64,000 nt of DNA from positions 2,706 through 66,705 of the forward strand of contig JAXGOZ010000006.1 of NCBI GenBank assembly GCA_040767255.1. The letters are read 5' to 3'. The position numbers and the translations under genes were made by a program. Positions 1-10,839 of the stretch are shown in pieces; positions within the stretch are counted from its first letter, which is position 1; every line of letters starts with the position of its first letter. The notes below the pieces were generated by a model. It ran no database searches. It saw only the letters and a list, made by a program, of their open reading frames with translations, and was not told the origin of the DNA. This DNA comes from Caldisericia bacterium. GTDB taxonomy: Bacteria; Caldisericota; Caldisericia; UBA6126.

Positions 1-110
1 AAAACTGCATTTTGTGACTCAGCAGCTTTTGCAGGAACAGAATGAAAACCGACTTGAAGAATACTGGCAAACATAAGAAGTGCTATCAGCCCACTTGTTA
101 ACTTCTTCAT
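1..110 (-). CDS. 5' end of a gene for a secreted protein. The N-terminal signal peptide is MKKLTSGLIALLMFASILQVGFHSVPAKAAESQ... and the gene runs off the window start.
   Basis: Reverse complement of 90-110 gives ATG preceded by GAAAGGAG (SD) 8 nt upstream. The translated N-terminus is a typical hydrophobic signal peptide. The gene lies 55 bp downstream of the giant gene's stop. Confidence 0.4.
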   Translation of the reverse strand, partial: MKKLTSGLIALLMFASILQVGFHSVPAKAAESQNAV

Positions 111-167
111 ACCAATTCTCCTTTCAAAAACCATCGTTTGTTGTCTATCATTTTGCATAACAAACTA

Positions 168-3100
168 TTACAAAATTCCTTCATACCAAACACTAACAGG
201 GGATTGGTATACAAAAGAACTCTGCTTTTCAATTTCTTCAACAATCACTTCAAAATTCATCGTATTGACATTACCTGCAACATCAGTGGCTGTAATAACA
301 AAAGCATTTTTCCCTGGCTTGATGGTCACATCAATGGACCATATGTCATGGGTTACGGTTGCTTCTTGGTTGTTGACAGTCACTTTGCAATCTGGTTCTA
401 CACGGCCTGTAAGAGTATAGGTGAAGGGTTCTGATCCTTGGAGTGTTCCTGGATCATCAACAAAAATCATGGGAGGAGTTGTATCAAGGGTAATGGTGAG
501 CATGCGGCGTACAGTTTTTCCGGTGGGGGTGGTGGCGGTAGCGATAATCGTATTGAGTCCTTCTTCCAAGGTAACACGAATGGAGAAGGTCCCATTTTGT
601 GAAACGGTAGCCGGTTCATTGTTGACCGTTACTTCATTGCCAGGATTGGTCATTCCGGTTACTTCCAGGGTGGCTTTATTGGTAATGGAGGCCACGGGAT
701 CCAATTCTAACATAGGTTCGGTTGTGTCAGGTTTGACCCATACTTCAGTATGGCCTTCCATCATGTCGGTATTGGTAACGTGAATGGTCACAATGCCTTT
801 TTTGTTGGGAGTGACTTTTGTGGTCACGACGCCTTGCTCATTGGTGGTACCGGTGGTGTTGATACCAGGTCCTTCAATGGTTACTTTTGCCCCTTCAACA
901 GGTGCATTGGTTCCAATTTCTGAAACTGAAATAGTAAGTTCAGAGGTGACATTGGGATTCAGAGAAGGAACAGAATCAACTTCCACTTGCAATCCAATAA
1001 TGGAATCAAAGTGGAGAAGGTCGCGCAGTGTATAGGTGGAGGTATTGTCAAATTGGTAGGGCTCAACATGATAGTTGTGGTTGGGATTGAAGTATCCCAG
1101 GGAAGCAATTTGTTCACCAATTCCGGTGGGGGTAAAGAAGAGGGTGGTTTCCATGACAGATGGATCGGTGGGGGAAGCAGTGGTGTCGCCATAGATGGCA
1201 GTTTGGTGTTGATTGCCAAACAAGAAGACTCGGCCATCTTCGCGCATAGGAAGATCACGAGAGTCAGCAGGACGTACTTGTACAATCATGTTGTTTTCAA
1301 TGGCATAGGTTAGATCGTAATTGGTAGCATTCAGGAGATCTTGTCCAAGTTCAACACGGGTGAGAGCAGAAAGTACAGTCAGGCGTGGAGGAGCAATGTG
1401 AACTTCATGGCTGGGGAAAGCTTCCCAATCGAGGAAGAATGTATTGTCGTTGGTTCTACCGGGATCAAATCGTGAAATAACGTGTGCAGGATCAGTTTTA
1501 TATTTTGGAGGATATCCACAAAGATCAGCTTGAGATGGGTTGTTACAATACACGTTGTCACCAACCAATCCGCCAACGTAACAGATATCTTCTGCGAAGA
1601 TATAGAAGGTGGTTTGAGCATTGACATCCAAACCTAGAGAATCGTGGTAATCAAGTTTCTGGTTTGGATCAATGTCGGCAAACAAGTAGCCACCTTTGTG
1701 AGCGCTATTATAAATAGCACCAAGACCCCAACCAACAGTAGGTGGTGTTAGATTAGGATTTGGAGTAACATCCCACCCACCATGAATGCTTTCTTCGTCA
1801 AATCGGACAAGGGTGGTGTTGTAGTAAACCTTACCAATTTCTTGTTGGTCAGCACCTGGTTTAGGAGATTGATAGAATGTCCCAGGTAAGCATAGTTCAG
1901 AGTTTCTGTTGTCGATTTGTTTGTTGTCGTTGAAGTCGAATCCTAGGTGAATTGTGTATGGATATAAGTCTTGCATGAAGTGCTCTGCAAATAGATTTCG
2001 ATCTCTTTCGTTAAAGTCAAATGATTCTGGTCGTGTTGTATAAGGGGTGAAACGAGCAGTATTTTTAATACCACCACCACAAGTGCTGACGCCTTTGCTT
2101 ACACCTTTCAACAAGAGACCTTGTGCATTCTTTGCAGTAATTGTGACGCGATAGATTCTATTGTCTGCTGCGGTTAATACAAAATCTGGGTTACCTGGTA
2201 CGGAGTATGATGTTCCAGCTGGATCATCAATATTGGTTACTTCGTATTCAACTGTTGGCAGTACTACTTTTACGTTTACCTTAGCAGCATGCTTACGATC
2301 AGGAGTATAGATAAACACATCAAATTCTCCTTCGTCGTTAGCACAGAAACCTCGGAAAGAATACTTACCGTCTGTCTTTAGGTTAAAATCAATATCAATT
2401 GGACTAAATGGTGCAGAGGCAGAAACGGAATACAGTTGGTGGTTATTTACACGGGTACCATCGTTATTGTGAAGATCAGTTCGTAGCCAGTAATAATCTG
2501 GAAGAGGATCGGGGTGAACATCACGGAACAAGTGGTTCCAAACATCATCGTCATCAATAGCGTATTTCCCTTCTTTGTCCGGTATACCTATAGAAAGATC
2601 GACAGGTGTACCTTCTTCGTCGGTTAAGACAAAAGATAAGGGTGATACGGGATCGACAAGTTCTGGTGTTACACCAGCTGTTAATGGATTGGGTTGAACA
2701 GAAGCTGTTAAATCAATAATAGGTTCGACGGGTAAAAACTTCTGACCTGCTAAATAAACTTCATGTGAGAATTGTGGAGTAGTTCCTCCATAGTTATACA
2801 GTGGCTCAAAAGAACGATCTGTATTGTCATCACCATATTTATAGGCAGTAACCATAACAGGAAGTTTCTCGTAGTCAGAGATAAGATGGTCGGGCTCATT
2901 GTTCAGTCCACCAAAGTCAATACCAACAGTATCAATCTGGCAACCGTTTTCGATAGACATAGTGAACTCGTAAACACCGTTACCTCTTTGGAAGGTTCTT
3001 CCATCAATCAATCCACCTGTCCAAGTATTGGTTGCTAAGTCATAAGAACCAATAATTTCGGTTTCATATTCTTTGAAAGAAATTTTACCATCTTTGTTAT

Positions 3101-6100
3101 AATCTTCATCTTCTAGGTATTGAGGAGCAAGTTCTGTATATTTGCTGGAATGAGGAGGATTTCCTACCCATCCATCACCGGCTCCCTCATACATACCAGC
3201 AACGTCGCCAATGACGCCGCGGTCTTGCCAGATGTATACCAATGCATCGTTCACCAAGATTTCTTCTTGGAACGTTGTATGCTCAGTTACTTTTACTTCA
3301 ATTTTATTATCTTGATCGGCGTATAATTCTTGAACATTCGATTCTACGGTCAGTGCATGGACTTCAATACCATCAGTTGGAGGTTCAGCACAACAATCTT
3401 GATATACTTTAACTGTACCATCATACAAAGTAACTTTGATTTGTATTAAGCCATTTGCGATGGGGACAAATTCGTCAATACGGAATACATTGTTGAGTCC
3501 TCTAAAATCAAGTTGTCCACCACCAAGAAGTAATGGATTCGTAAATTGATACTTGGTTCCATCAGATCTTGTGCTGGTCCAATCAAATACTTCTCGGTTG
3601 GAATAGGTTCCGTTTACGGTTAATGGATAGTCTTCTTTTCTACCGTAGTATTTATTGTCCCAGGACATTTCAAACTCTTCGTAATTTGAACTGTCGATTA
3701 CAATACTGTTTTCCCAATCGTAAACTATAGGAACATGACGAAGGTTGTTGTAACGATATTCAGAACGTATTGTCTGTTTAACAGGATCAAAAATTTTGGG
3801 TCTAGCGAAGGGTCCAGATAGTTCGATTTTTCGGATACGGAAGTCGGGTTCGGTTTCTTCGCTGAAGCTTAAATGGTTTCCATCAATATCTTTCAAGATA
3901 AAGAAGGTGCCATAATCGGTTAATGGGAAGAATTCGGTTCCTAGTTTGTTGAAGTCGACAAATTGATTGTAGTTAATATCTTCTCCATACCAATACCACC
4001 ACCAAATAGCAGGATAGGCATTCCATCCGCTATGGTAGTCATCAGATCGGTAGTATCCATTTTTAACAGCACCAGCAACACGACCAGTATGAGTTTGTCC
4101 GCCGGGGTATGCTCGTAAATCTTTGGCTACATCAATTACCATAGGGTTGTAAGGTGCTTGAATTTGTGGAGAAGGAACTGGCAGGGGAGATAAAGGATTC
4201 AATCCGGCAGTATAGTCCACTTGTGAGTTTTGAAGTGCGTGGTCAATTGTATTGAATTCTACAAAATTAACATATGGATCAGGTGCAAGGACTTTGAAAA
4301 AGTGAACGCCACAATAGTCGGTACCAAAATGATTGAATCGTTGTAATCCAGAACCAGGTCTTTGCCAATCAAGATAGGTTTCGTCATCAAAGTTACCCAT
4401 AGAATGATCTGGATTTGTTTGGACAAAATAGGGTGGGTGCTTAATTTCTGAATTGTAATCAAAAATTACATTGTACGTTTCGATTTTTAGAGCAAGCTTC
4501 GTTAAAGCGTTTCGGGGGAGGACTGTAACGGGTATTTCGCCACCTTCGTTTGTAGAAGGATATGGAGCTTGACCGTAATTTCTAAGTAAAGAAGGAACGC
4601 CATAGGTTGCTACAGTAATTAATGGAGGAATACCTGGTTCGAGAGGACCAAATGTATCTCCATAAGTAACTGTGCCTAAATCATCAAATAGTCCATCTCC
4701 ACAAGAAATACAGTTGTTTGTATCCTGTGAGCAGTCGGTATCGGTGAATTTTATTTGTTCGTTGCTGTTAATGTTTACTTTTAAGTATCCAGGTAATATA
4801 GAAGGTCCAGTGGATGGAGTGTCTGGATCGTAAAAAGGATTGGGAGCCCACAGGAAGTCGCCTTCATCAAGGATTCCTGGGTTGGGTCCGCAGTCGTTCC
4901 ACATCCAAATAAACAAGGATTCATCATCATTGTATTGACCAATAATAAGTTGGTCTTCTTCAATATCATATTCTGTAGCTCCGATAGAATGGAGTCCATA
5001 AACTTTACCAGCAAGGCTTTCGCTAATGCGACCAGTAAACATGAATTGAATTCCTGCACCAGAGGCATTGTAGAAGGCAACGATTTCATGCCCATCGGGA
5101 ACGGAAATAGTTTGTCCATTAGGGTCATTGATATCTTTGGGGTTGTCTGCATCGCGGAGTTTAACAGAAAGATTCGGGAATTTTTGATCCAAAATGCTCA
5201 GGCATTTTTTGGAGGGAAGCATGTTGATGTCTTCAGGTAGAATAGATTTTGAAATTTGTGTGTAAGTATCAAAACGAGTTCGAAGTTCTGGAGGTAGTGG
5301 GGGAACAGGAAATGCAGGAGGAGACCAAATTTCATCACCACGGGTCTTACCGGCATAATTCAATGTATTGTCGTGCATTTTCCAGAATGGATCGTAAATT
5401 GTGTGTTGTCCGGGGGTTGGATCTGTAACGCCGCCGCAATCCTTTACGGCAATAATTCTCATGTTGTTGTCAAAAGATACTAATTCATATCTGTATTCTT
5501 GGCTATTCCATACTCGTTGCCAACCTTTGTGGTAACCAGTTGGAGTGCAAGAACCTTGATAAGGGGTGAATTCAAACACAGCTTGAGGATTGTCAGAAGT
5601 AATCACGCGATAGTCTTCATTGAAATCAATACCAAGATACTCTTGGTTGTTGATGATATAAACATAGACTTTCTCGGCTGGATGGAATACACCGTTTTCC
5701 CAGTATTCTGGTTTTGGAGGAGGGTTAACGGTAACTTGAATTTGTGTAGTTTGCTCTACTTTGATTTCTGGTTCAATAATTAGTTCCATTCCCAGTCGAT
5801 TAGAGGGGAATACTTCCCAATCAATAAAACGGAAATCGCAATTCTTGCCAACAGATAAACCATGAATAACATTTTCGTTTACCCAATAGTTTTTGTTTCC
5901 GCCTACTTGAGAACCACAGTCGTAGGTTGTACTATCAAGTACGATTGTCGTAAGTCTGGTGGTGTGGAATTGATCGATGATTAAAGGTGTTATTCGAATG
6001 GACCCAAAAGGAATAAAGTCTGGAACATCTAACAATAGTTGGTATTGTCGGATATATCCGTACCAAGTAAGGTCTTCTGCGGTAAGAGGAAGTTCGTTAA

Positions 6101-9047
6101 GGGGGTCATCAGAATTATCTCGATCACCAACTTCGACTACAGTATAAGGTTGATACCCGAAAATCGGATACAAGCGTATGTCACCGGTGCTTACGGTTCC
6201 AGATTCATCTACATCAACATATCCTCCGACATGTGAAGCAGGGAAAATGGGGTCTTGGTAAACACGAATGTGAGCAGGGGTTGGATCCATATCAAAATAC
6301 AAGTCCATGTCAATGATCATATTGGAACTAACAATAGATCCGGGTTCATATTGTCCCGATAGATCCAGAACGCGAACGTCCCCAGGGGTTATGGTGTGAA
6401 CAGGGTTTACCACTGGATCCCAATCATGATCAAAATAGAGTACGGTGTCAAATGGGGCTTCTCCCCAGAAAAAGTAGTTATCGATGTCGGCAGAAGATAT
6501 GAGGGTATAGAGCGGAGCATCCCGAGGAACCTTTGATTCAGTGAGGTAGATACCTTCGCCGTTGTCATAGGTGTAATTTTTCTCAATATCTTTTTCTGGC
6601 CATTCTTGGTCAAAAAACATTTCATTAAAATTAAAATTAAATAACGTCAAACCAACGTCGGAATCACCCTCAACAACTGTAGTGTTGGCTGGGTATGTGA
6701 TTACGTTTTCGCCAACTGTGACGGTAACTTCAGTAATTCTTTCGTCGCCAGGATCAACAACCTGGAGAGCTCCGGGTTGAATGACTTTGTTTTTATAAAT
6801 TGCTTCACCACATCCGTATGAGTAAGGGCTACCAATGGGGTCTGAGGCATCAAGAGCAGTGGTGTCGTGATACATGATATCGAAAGGAAATGGAGACAAT
6901 ACTCGACCGTAATCTTTATCGGCAACGATATCGTTGGAACAACCCAAAAACTCTTCACCAGTTCTACCGGGTCGATAGTCGTCAGAAAGATTGTAAGGGA
7001 AAAGTGTGTCGATGGGTGGAGGAGGATTGTCAACAAAGTTTTCACCAATGTTATTGTCAATACCATCATCCTTCCACATCTCAAGACCTAGGTATTCACG
7101 ATATCGAACATCAATGTCTTGGAAGGTGGTTGCCGAAATGTCAAATGTACGTCCGTCGTCATCTAGGACAGTGTTTCGCTGCATAGATTGTGCAGTTGCC
7201 AAAAAGCTTCCGCTTTGGGAACGTATTGATGCTGCAGTAAAGTCAGGAATTTCACCTTGCCATATATCACTTTCTATGGAAAGGTTGTATAGGGAATTGT
7301 TACCACCGCCGAATATAACTTCAGCTAATACCAGTGCGTCTCCGCGTACGCGAGGAACGTATGGTGTAGAGGTTTCTTTCAGTGCTTTACTGACCATGAG
7401 CTGAACATCAGAACTCACAAGTCCGCGGTTGCGGTCTTTTTTCAGTCCAGCAAATACGGGTCCATTTACGTTGGTTAAACGATGGTCTCCAACAGTAACG
7501 CGCCCGTAGGTTTGTGGGTCGGTTCCTCGTTCTCTATATATCCACTCTTTGTGTTCGTAAGAATACCATGCTTCGTGCCACTTAGAGTCTGCAGGGGTTT
7601 TTGTGTTGTCAACGTGGAGTTCATCGTCTTCTTTTCGAATTCGCTCTCCGCCGTTGGTGCCTTCGTCGGCATTATATTCAGCAAAATTGGTACGGAAACG
7701 GAATAGAGATTTGTATTGAGATGGAACAGCTTGGTTAACGGGGTTGCCATTACGGTCATAGGCACAATCCCAATCACCAGGAAGAACTTTACTATTTGGA
7801 GGATAGTTTCTAGTTTCTCCGTTGAAATATACAGATACGGGGGTTAAGCGATAATCTCCTTCTTGAACAAAAAAGGAGCGGGTTGGAAATGAATTTGCAT
7901 ATTCACCTTTTCGGTAAATGTGTTCTCCTGGATCGAAGTCGGATATCTGTGTGTAAAAGCGATGAAGTTGTTCTGGCATAGAAAATGGTGGGTAGTTCAC
8001 GGTGATAGAGGCAGTTTTGTTTTGTGCCTCATCTGAAACATTGTCTGCATGAAGTTCATCGCCAGTAAGAGCACGCTTGGATTGTAAATCGTCCATGTCG
8101 CTGTTGTAATACCAGCGGAAAGACTTATCTGGTTCAGATGTATAGTCGGATTGAACCATAGGGGTTCCGTCAAAAGTAAACCCTGCATCTCCAGGTTGTC
8201 CCCAATATCGGAATTCAAGTAAAGAGTATGCTTGTACGGCATCCCAATCCATGGTTCCGATATACTTGGTCGAGACATAGTTCTCACCCTGTACAACAGA
8301 TGGACGGATGGGTGGTACAGAACCTTCTCCTCGTTCTAGAGGAAAATCAACCATATCAATCCAGCCCATTCGGAAATATCTCTTTGTGTTGTTTCGGTCC
8401 CAAAAATAAATACAGGTGTTCCCGTCTTGATCAATGAACGTTGGTCCGTGAAACATATCAAAACGAGGGTTATCGGGGTCTAGGATGTATGGTCCTTGTG
8501 TGTTGTTTCCCGTAGATGGATCAACCAGAGCGTTGGGGTTGTTCGTACACAGATTGGTTTGGTATTTTCCGTTTAGGTTAGCGGGATCTGCGGGTTCGAA
8601 ATAGCGGGAATCGTTGAAATACCCGTCAGGATCTAACCAAAATTGACCACAGTTATCATACACCACATACCAAGGTTCTCTAAATCGAGATTTACCACCG
8701 TCAGCGATAACATCGAGGTAGAACTTGGCCCAGAATAGAGGTTGTGCTTGTGTGTTAGGTAAGAGTGCTGGTATATTGTTTTCATTCTCTATAGCCAACA
8801 AAGAATTGGGCATACCATAACCCTCTCGCCCCCAAACAACTTCTCCGGATCGCTGCCAGGGGAATAGCTTACCTTCAAGTTGCTGCCCGTCTCTATTGAA
8901 TCTAACGGGAACAAGCCTAACTGCAATAAAGGTAGCTTTGTTTAGTTCTTCATTAGCTGTAGTAATATTCACAGCATTGTTAAAAGGAATCTGTAGCAGA
9001 GCAACAGCCATAAAAGAGATGACTAACCAAGCGAATATTTTTTTCAT
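168..9047 (-). CDS. Giant (2959 aa) secreted multidomain cell-surface protein. It has an N-terminal signal peptide and three tandem ~90-aa Ig-like (Big/CARDB-like) domains at the C-terminus. No HExxH or other catalytic motif was found.
   Basis: Single uninterrupted ORF from ATG at 9045-9047. The N-terminus MKKIFAWLVISFMAVALLQIPF is a classic signal peptide. The C-terminal ~270 aa contain three repeated beta-sandwich-like segments (…VTVNNEPATVSQNGTFSIRVTLEEGLNTIIATATTPTGK… and …KVTVNNQEATVTHDIWSIDVTIKPGKNAFVITATDVAGN…). The protein is rich in Asn/Asp/Gly/Tyr/Trp, as expected for an extracellular protein. Confidence 0.8.
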   Translation of the reverse strand: MKKIFAWLVISFMAVALLQIPFNNAVNITTANEELNKATFIAVRLVPVRFNRDGQQLEGKLFPWQRSGEVVWGREGYGMPNSLLAIENENNIPALLPNTQAQPLFWAKFYLDVIADGGKSRFREPWYVVYDNCGQFWLDPDGYFNDSRYFEPADPANLNGKYQTNLCTNNPNALVDPSTGNNTQGPYILDPDNPRFDMFHGPTFIDQDGNTCIYFWDRNNTKRYFRMGWIDMVDFPLERGEGSVPPIRPSVVQGENYVSTKYIGTMDWDAVQAYSLLEFRYWGQPGDAGFTFDGTPMVQSDYTSEPDKSFRWYYNSDMDDLQSKRALTGDELHADNVSDEAQNKTASITVNYPPFSMPEQLHRFYTQISDFDPGEHIYRKGEYANSFPTRSFFVQEGDYRLTPVSVYFNGETRNYPPNSKVLPGDWDCAYDRNGNPVNQAVPSQYKSLFRFRTNFAEYNADEGTNGGERIRKEDDELHVDNTKTPADSKWHEAWYSYEHKEWIYRERGTDPQTYGRVTVGDHRLTNVNGPVFAGLKKDRNRGLVSSDVQLMVSKALKETSTPYVPRVRGDALVLAEVIFGGGNNSLYNLSIESDIWQGEIPDFTAASIRSQSGSFLATAQSMQRNTVLDDDGRTFDISATTFQDIDVRYREYLGLEMWKDDGIDNNIGENFVDNPPPPIDTLFPYNLSDDYRPGRTGEEFLGCSNDIVADKDYGRVLSPFPFDIMYHDTTALDASDPIGSPYSYGCGEAIYKNKVIQPGALQVVDPGDERITEVTVTVGENVITYPANTTVVEGDSDVGLTLFNFNFNEMFFDQEWPEKDIEKNYTYDNGEGIYLTESKVPRDAPLYTLISSADIDNYFFWGEAPFDTVLYFDHDWDPVVNPVHTITPGDVRVLDLSGQYEPGSIVSSNMIIDMDLYFDMDPTPAHIRVYQDPIFPASHVGGYVDVDESGTVSTGDIRLYPIFGYQPYTVVEVGDRDNSDDPLNELPLTAEDLTWYGYIRQYQLLLDVPDFIPFGSIRITPLIIDQFHTTRLTTIVLDSTTYDCGSQVGGNKNYWVNENVIHGLSVGKNCDFRFIDWEVFPSNRLGMELIIEPEIKVEQTTQIQVTVNPPPKPEYWENGVFHPAEKVYVYIINNQEYLGIDFNEDYRVITSDNPQAVFEFTPYQGSCTPTGYHKGWQRVWNSQEYRYELVSFDNNMRIIAVKDCGGVTDPTPGQHTIYDPFWKMHDNTLNYAGKTRGDEIWSPPAFPVPPLPPELRTRFDTYTQISKSILPEDINMLPSKKCLSILDQKFPNLSVKLRDADNPKDINDPNGQTISVPDGHEIVAFYNASGAGIQFMFTGRISESLAGKVYGLHSIGATEYDIEEDQLIIGQYNDDESLFIWMWNDCGPNPGILDEGDFLWAPNPFYDPDTPSTGPSILPGYLKVNINSNEQIKFTDTDCSQDTNNCISCGDGLFDDLGTVTYGDTFGPLEPGIPPLITVATYGVPSLLRNYGQAPYPSTNEGGEIPVTVLPRNALTKLALKIETYNVIFDYNSEIKHPPYFVQTNPDHSMGNFDDETYLDWQRPGSGLQRFNHFGTDYCGVHFFKVLAPDPYVNFVEFNTIDHALQNSQVDYTAGLNPLSPLPVPSPQIQAPYNPMVIDVAKDLRAYPGGQTHTGRVAGAVKNGYYRSDDYHSGWNAYPAIWWWYWYGEDINYNQFVDFNKLGTEFFPLTDYGTFFILKDIDGNHLSFSEETEPDFRIRKIELSGPFARPKIFDPVKQTIRSEYRYNNLRHVPIVYDWENSIVIDSSNYEEFEMSWDNKYYGRKEDYPLTVNGTYSNREVFDWTSTRSDGTKYQFTNPLLLGGGQLDFRGLNNVFRIDEFVPIANGLIQIKVTLYDGTVKVYQDCCAEPPTDGIEVHALTVESNVQELYADQDNKIEVKVTEHTTFQEEILVNDALVYIWQDRGVIGDVAGMYEGAGDGWVGNPPHSSKYTELAPQYLEDEDYNKDGKISFKEYETEIIGSYDLATNTWTGGLIDGRTFQRGNGVYEFTMSIENGCQIDTVGIDFGGLNNEPDHLISDYEKLPVMVTAYKYGDDNTDRSFEPLYNYGGTTPQFSHEVYLAGQKFLPVEPIIDLTASVQPNPLTAGVTPELVDPVSPLSFVLTDEEGTPVDLSIGIPDKEGKYAIDDDDVWNHLFRDVHPDPLPDYYWLRTDLHNNDGTRVNNHQLYSVSASAPFSPIDIDFNLKTDGKYSFRGFCANDEGEFDVFIYTPDRKHAAKVNVKVVLPTVEYEVTNIDDPAGTSYSVPGNPDFVLTAADNRIYRVTITAKNAQGLLLKGVSKGVSTCGGGIKNTARFTPYTTRPESFDFNERDRNLFAEHFMQDLYPYTIHLGFDFNDNKQIDNRNSELCLPGTFYQSPKPGADQQEIGKVYYNTTLVRFDEESIHGGWDVTPNPNLTPPTVGWGLGAIYNSAHKGGYLFADIDPNQKLDYHDSLGLDVNAQTTFYIFAEDICYVGGLVGDNVYCNNPSQADLCGYPPKYKTDPAHVISRFDPGRTNDNTFFLDWEAFPSHEVHIAPPRLTVLSALTRVELGQDLLNATNYDLTYAIENNMIVQVRPADSRDLPMREDGRVFLFGNQHQTAIYGDTTASPTDPSVMETTLFFTPTGIGEQIASLGYFNPNHNYHVEPYQFDNTSTYTLRDLLHFDSIIGLQVEVDSVPSLNPNVTSELTISVSEIGTNAPVEGAKVTIEGPGINTTGTTNEQGVVTTKVTPNKKGIVTIHVTNTDMMEGHTEVWVKPDTTEPMLELDPVASITNKATLEVTGMTNPGNEVTVNNEPATVSQNGTFSIRVTLEEGLNTIIATATTPTGKTVRRMLTITLDTTPPMIFVDDPGTLQGSEPFTYTLTGRVEPDCKVTVNNQEATVTHDIWSIDVTIKPGKNAFVITATDVAGNVNTMNFEVIVEEIEKQSSFVYQSPVSVWYEGIL

Positions 9048-9448
9048 CTCAGTTCTCCTTTCTCATCTTCGCTGTTAAGGGTTTTCTAACCGGAAGAAGC
9101 TTGATTTTATCAGCTTCCTCTACCCTTCCGCGAATAGGGAAAAAACGTACAACACAAAGTATGTCAAAAATACCATAGACTACCATAAAATCAAATTATG
9201 GAAGCAATCCAAAACATACAAAAACCTCGTAGCTTTCAACGTCATTAAGTTATTTCATCAATTGGATAAATTATATAACAACAAATTGCGATTTCCATGT
9301 TTTCTTTCGTTTAGTTGCTTTTTTTCTCAAATTTTCTCGTTTCACACTTTTTTAAAAGCCTTAAGTTGTCTTTATAAACGAAGGATTTCGGATACAATAA
9401 CTTACATCAACGATACATAAATTTTTTATACTTGCAAAGGATTTTTTT
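9048..9448. other. AT-rich 400-bp divergent intergenic region upstream of dnaA. It is a candidate replication-origin or dnaA-promoter region, with only degenerate DnaA-box-like 9-mers.
   Basis: The region lies between the divergent start of the giant gene (9047) and the dnaA start (9449). It has long A/T tracts. The best DnaA-box-like word seen is ATTGGATAA (~9262), which has 2 mismatches to TGTGGATAA. No perfect box was found. Confidence 0.25.
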
Positions 9449-10807
9449 ATGAACCCACAGATGAGTAATCAATGGAACGACGTCTTAAAAGACATCAAAA
9501 AAGAGTTGGTGCCAACTAGTTATTTAGCAGTAAGAGAGAGTAAAATTCATGCTATTCAGTCAGGTACAATGATTATATCGGTTGTATCTGAGTTTGTAAG
9601 GAACAAAATTATGGATGCCTTTCTTCCTGTGTTTTTGAGCGCCATTCAAAAACAATTCCCCGAGATTCAAAGTCTTGATTTTATCGTCGAAGAACCTGCA
9701 GAAAAAAACCTAGAACCTGATACAGAGTATGTCCCTTCTCACGAAAGGTCCTCTTATCTGAACAACCCAGAGAGTGTTGATTCCCTTCCTCTCAACCCCC
9801 GTTATACGTTTGACAATTTTATTGTAGGTAGTAACAACCAACTTGCCTATGCAGGGTGTAAAAGTATTACCAGCGATTTAGGAAAAGTTTACAATCCTCT
9901 TTTTTTGTACGGGGGTGTAGGATTAGGAAAAACTCATTTGTTACAAGCAATTGCTCATGAGTGTAACAAATCAGGAAACAAAAATATTGTATATATTACT
10001 TCGGAACAATTCTTAAACCAGGTGGTACACTCTATTCAGGTAAATACGGTAGACAAGTTCCGTGAAAACATACGACGAGTTGACTATTTAATTATTGATG
10101 ACATACAGTTTTTGGTGGGTAAAGAGAGAACTCAAGAAGAACTCTTTCACACTTTTAACGCACTGTATGACCAAAAGAAGCAAATTGCAATTTCTAGCGA
10201 TCGTCCCCAAAACGAACTGAAAGGTATCCAAGAAAGATTGATATCAAGGTTTTCTATGGGTTTAACGGTAGATATTTACCCCCCCGACTACGAAACCCGT
10301 TTGGCAATTTTACGAAATAAAGATAAAGCAGAACAATACGACCTTCCAGATGAAGTTTTAGATTTCATAGCTTCCCAACAATTTAATAATATCCGACAGC
10401 TTGAAGGATCATTAATTAGGGTTGCAAGTTATTCCTCTATGCAGAACATTCAAAATGTGACCGTTGATTTTGCAAAAGAAACTTTGAAAAATTTCCTTCC
10501 TTTGAGTTATAAAAAGTTCACACCTGAAGAAATTAAAGTGATTGTCGCTGATTTTTACAACACAAAACCCCAGATACTGGAAAGTAAGAGACGGTCAAAA
10601 GATGTAGCTGTCCCAAGGCAAGTAGCTATATATTTAATTCGTGAAATGACCAATTATTCTTTGCCGGTAATTGGTAGATATTTTGGTGGTAGAGATCATT
10701 CCACTATTATTCATTCGTATGAAAAGATCAAAAGCGAAATAAAAACAGACATGAAGCTTAAGAATGAGGTGGAGGAAATTATTAAAAAACTCCAATATAC
10801 ATCTTAA
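9449..10807 (+). CDS. dnaA: Chromosomal replication initiator protein DnaA
   Basis: 452 aa. AAA+ Walker A GGVGLGKTHLL, Walker B LIIDDIQF, and the C-terminal DNA-binding domain (VAIYLIREMTNYSLPVIGRYFGGRDHSTIIHS) are all present. Confidence 0.95.
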   Translation: MNPQMSNQWNDVLKDIKKELVPTSYLAVRESKIHAIQSGTMIISVVSEFVRNKIMDAFLPVFLSAIQKQFPEIQSLDFIVEEPAEKNLEPDTEYVPSHERSSYLNNPESVDSLPLNPRYTFDNFIVGSNNQLAYAGCKSITSDLGKVYNPLFLYGGVGLGKTHLLQAIAHECNKSGNKNIVYITSEQFLNQVVHSIQVNTVDKFRENIRRVDYLIIDDIQFLVGKERTQEELFHTFNALYDQKKQIAISSDRPQNELKGIQERLISRFSMGLTVDIYPPDYETRLAILRNKDKAEQYDLPDEVLDFIASQQFNNIRQLEGSLIRVASYSSMQNIQNVTVDFAKETLKNFLPLSYKKFTPEEIKVIVADFYNTKPQILESKRRSKDVAVPRQVAIYLIREMTNYSLPVIGRYFGGRDHSTIIHSYEKIKSEIKTDMKLKNEVEEIIKKLQYTS

Positions 10808-10839
10808 CATCCTTATTGGTTTTAAGATGTATTAAAAGT

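Noticed and set aside
421-8437. Dozens of 60-130-aa ORFs on the + strand (for example 421-783, 987-1313, 7006-7404) inside the giant gene
   Set aside because: All are antisense to, or in an alternative frame of, a single continuous 8.9-kb ORF with a clear signal peptide and domain repeats. Their translations are low-complexity with no RBS or homology, so they are spurious.
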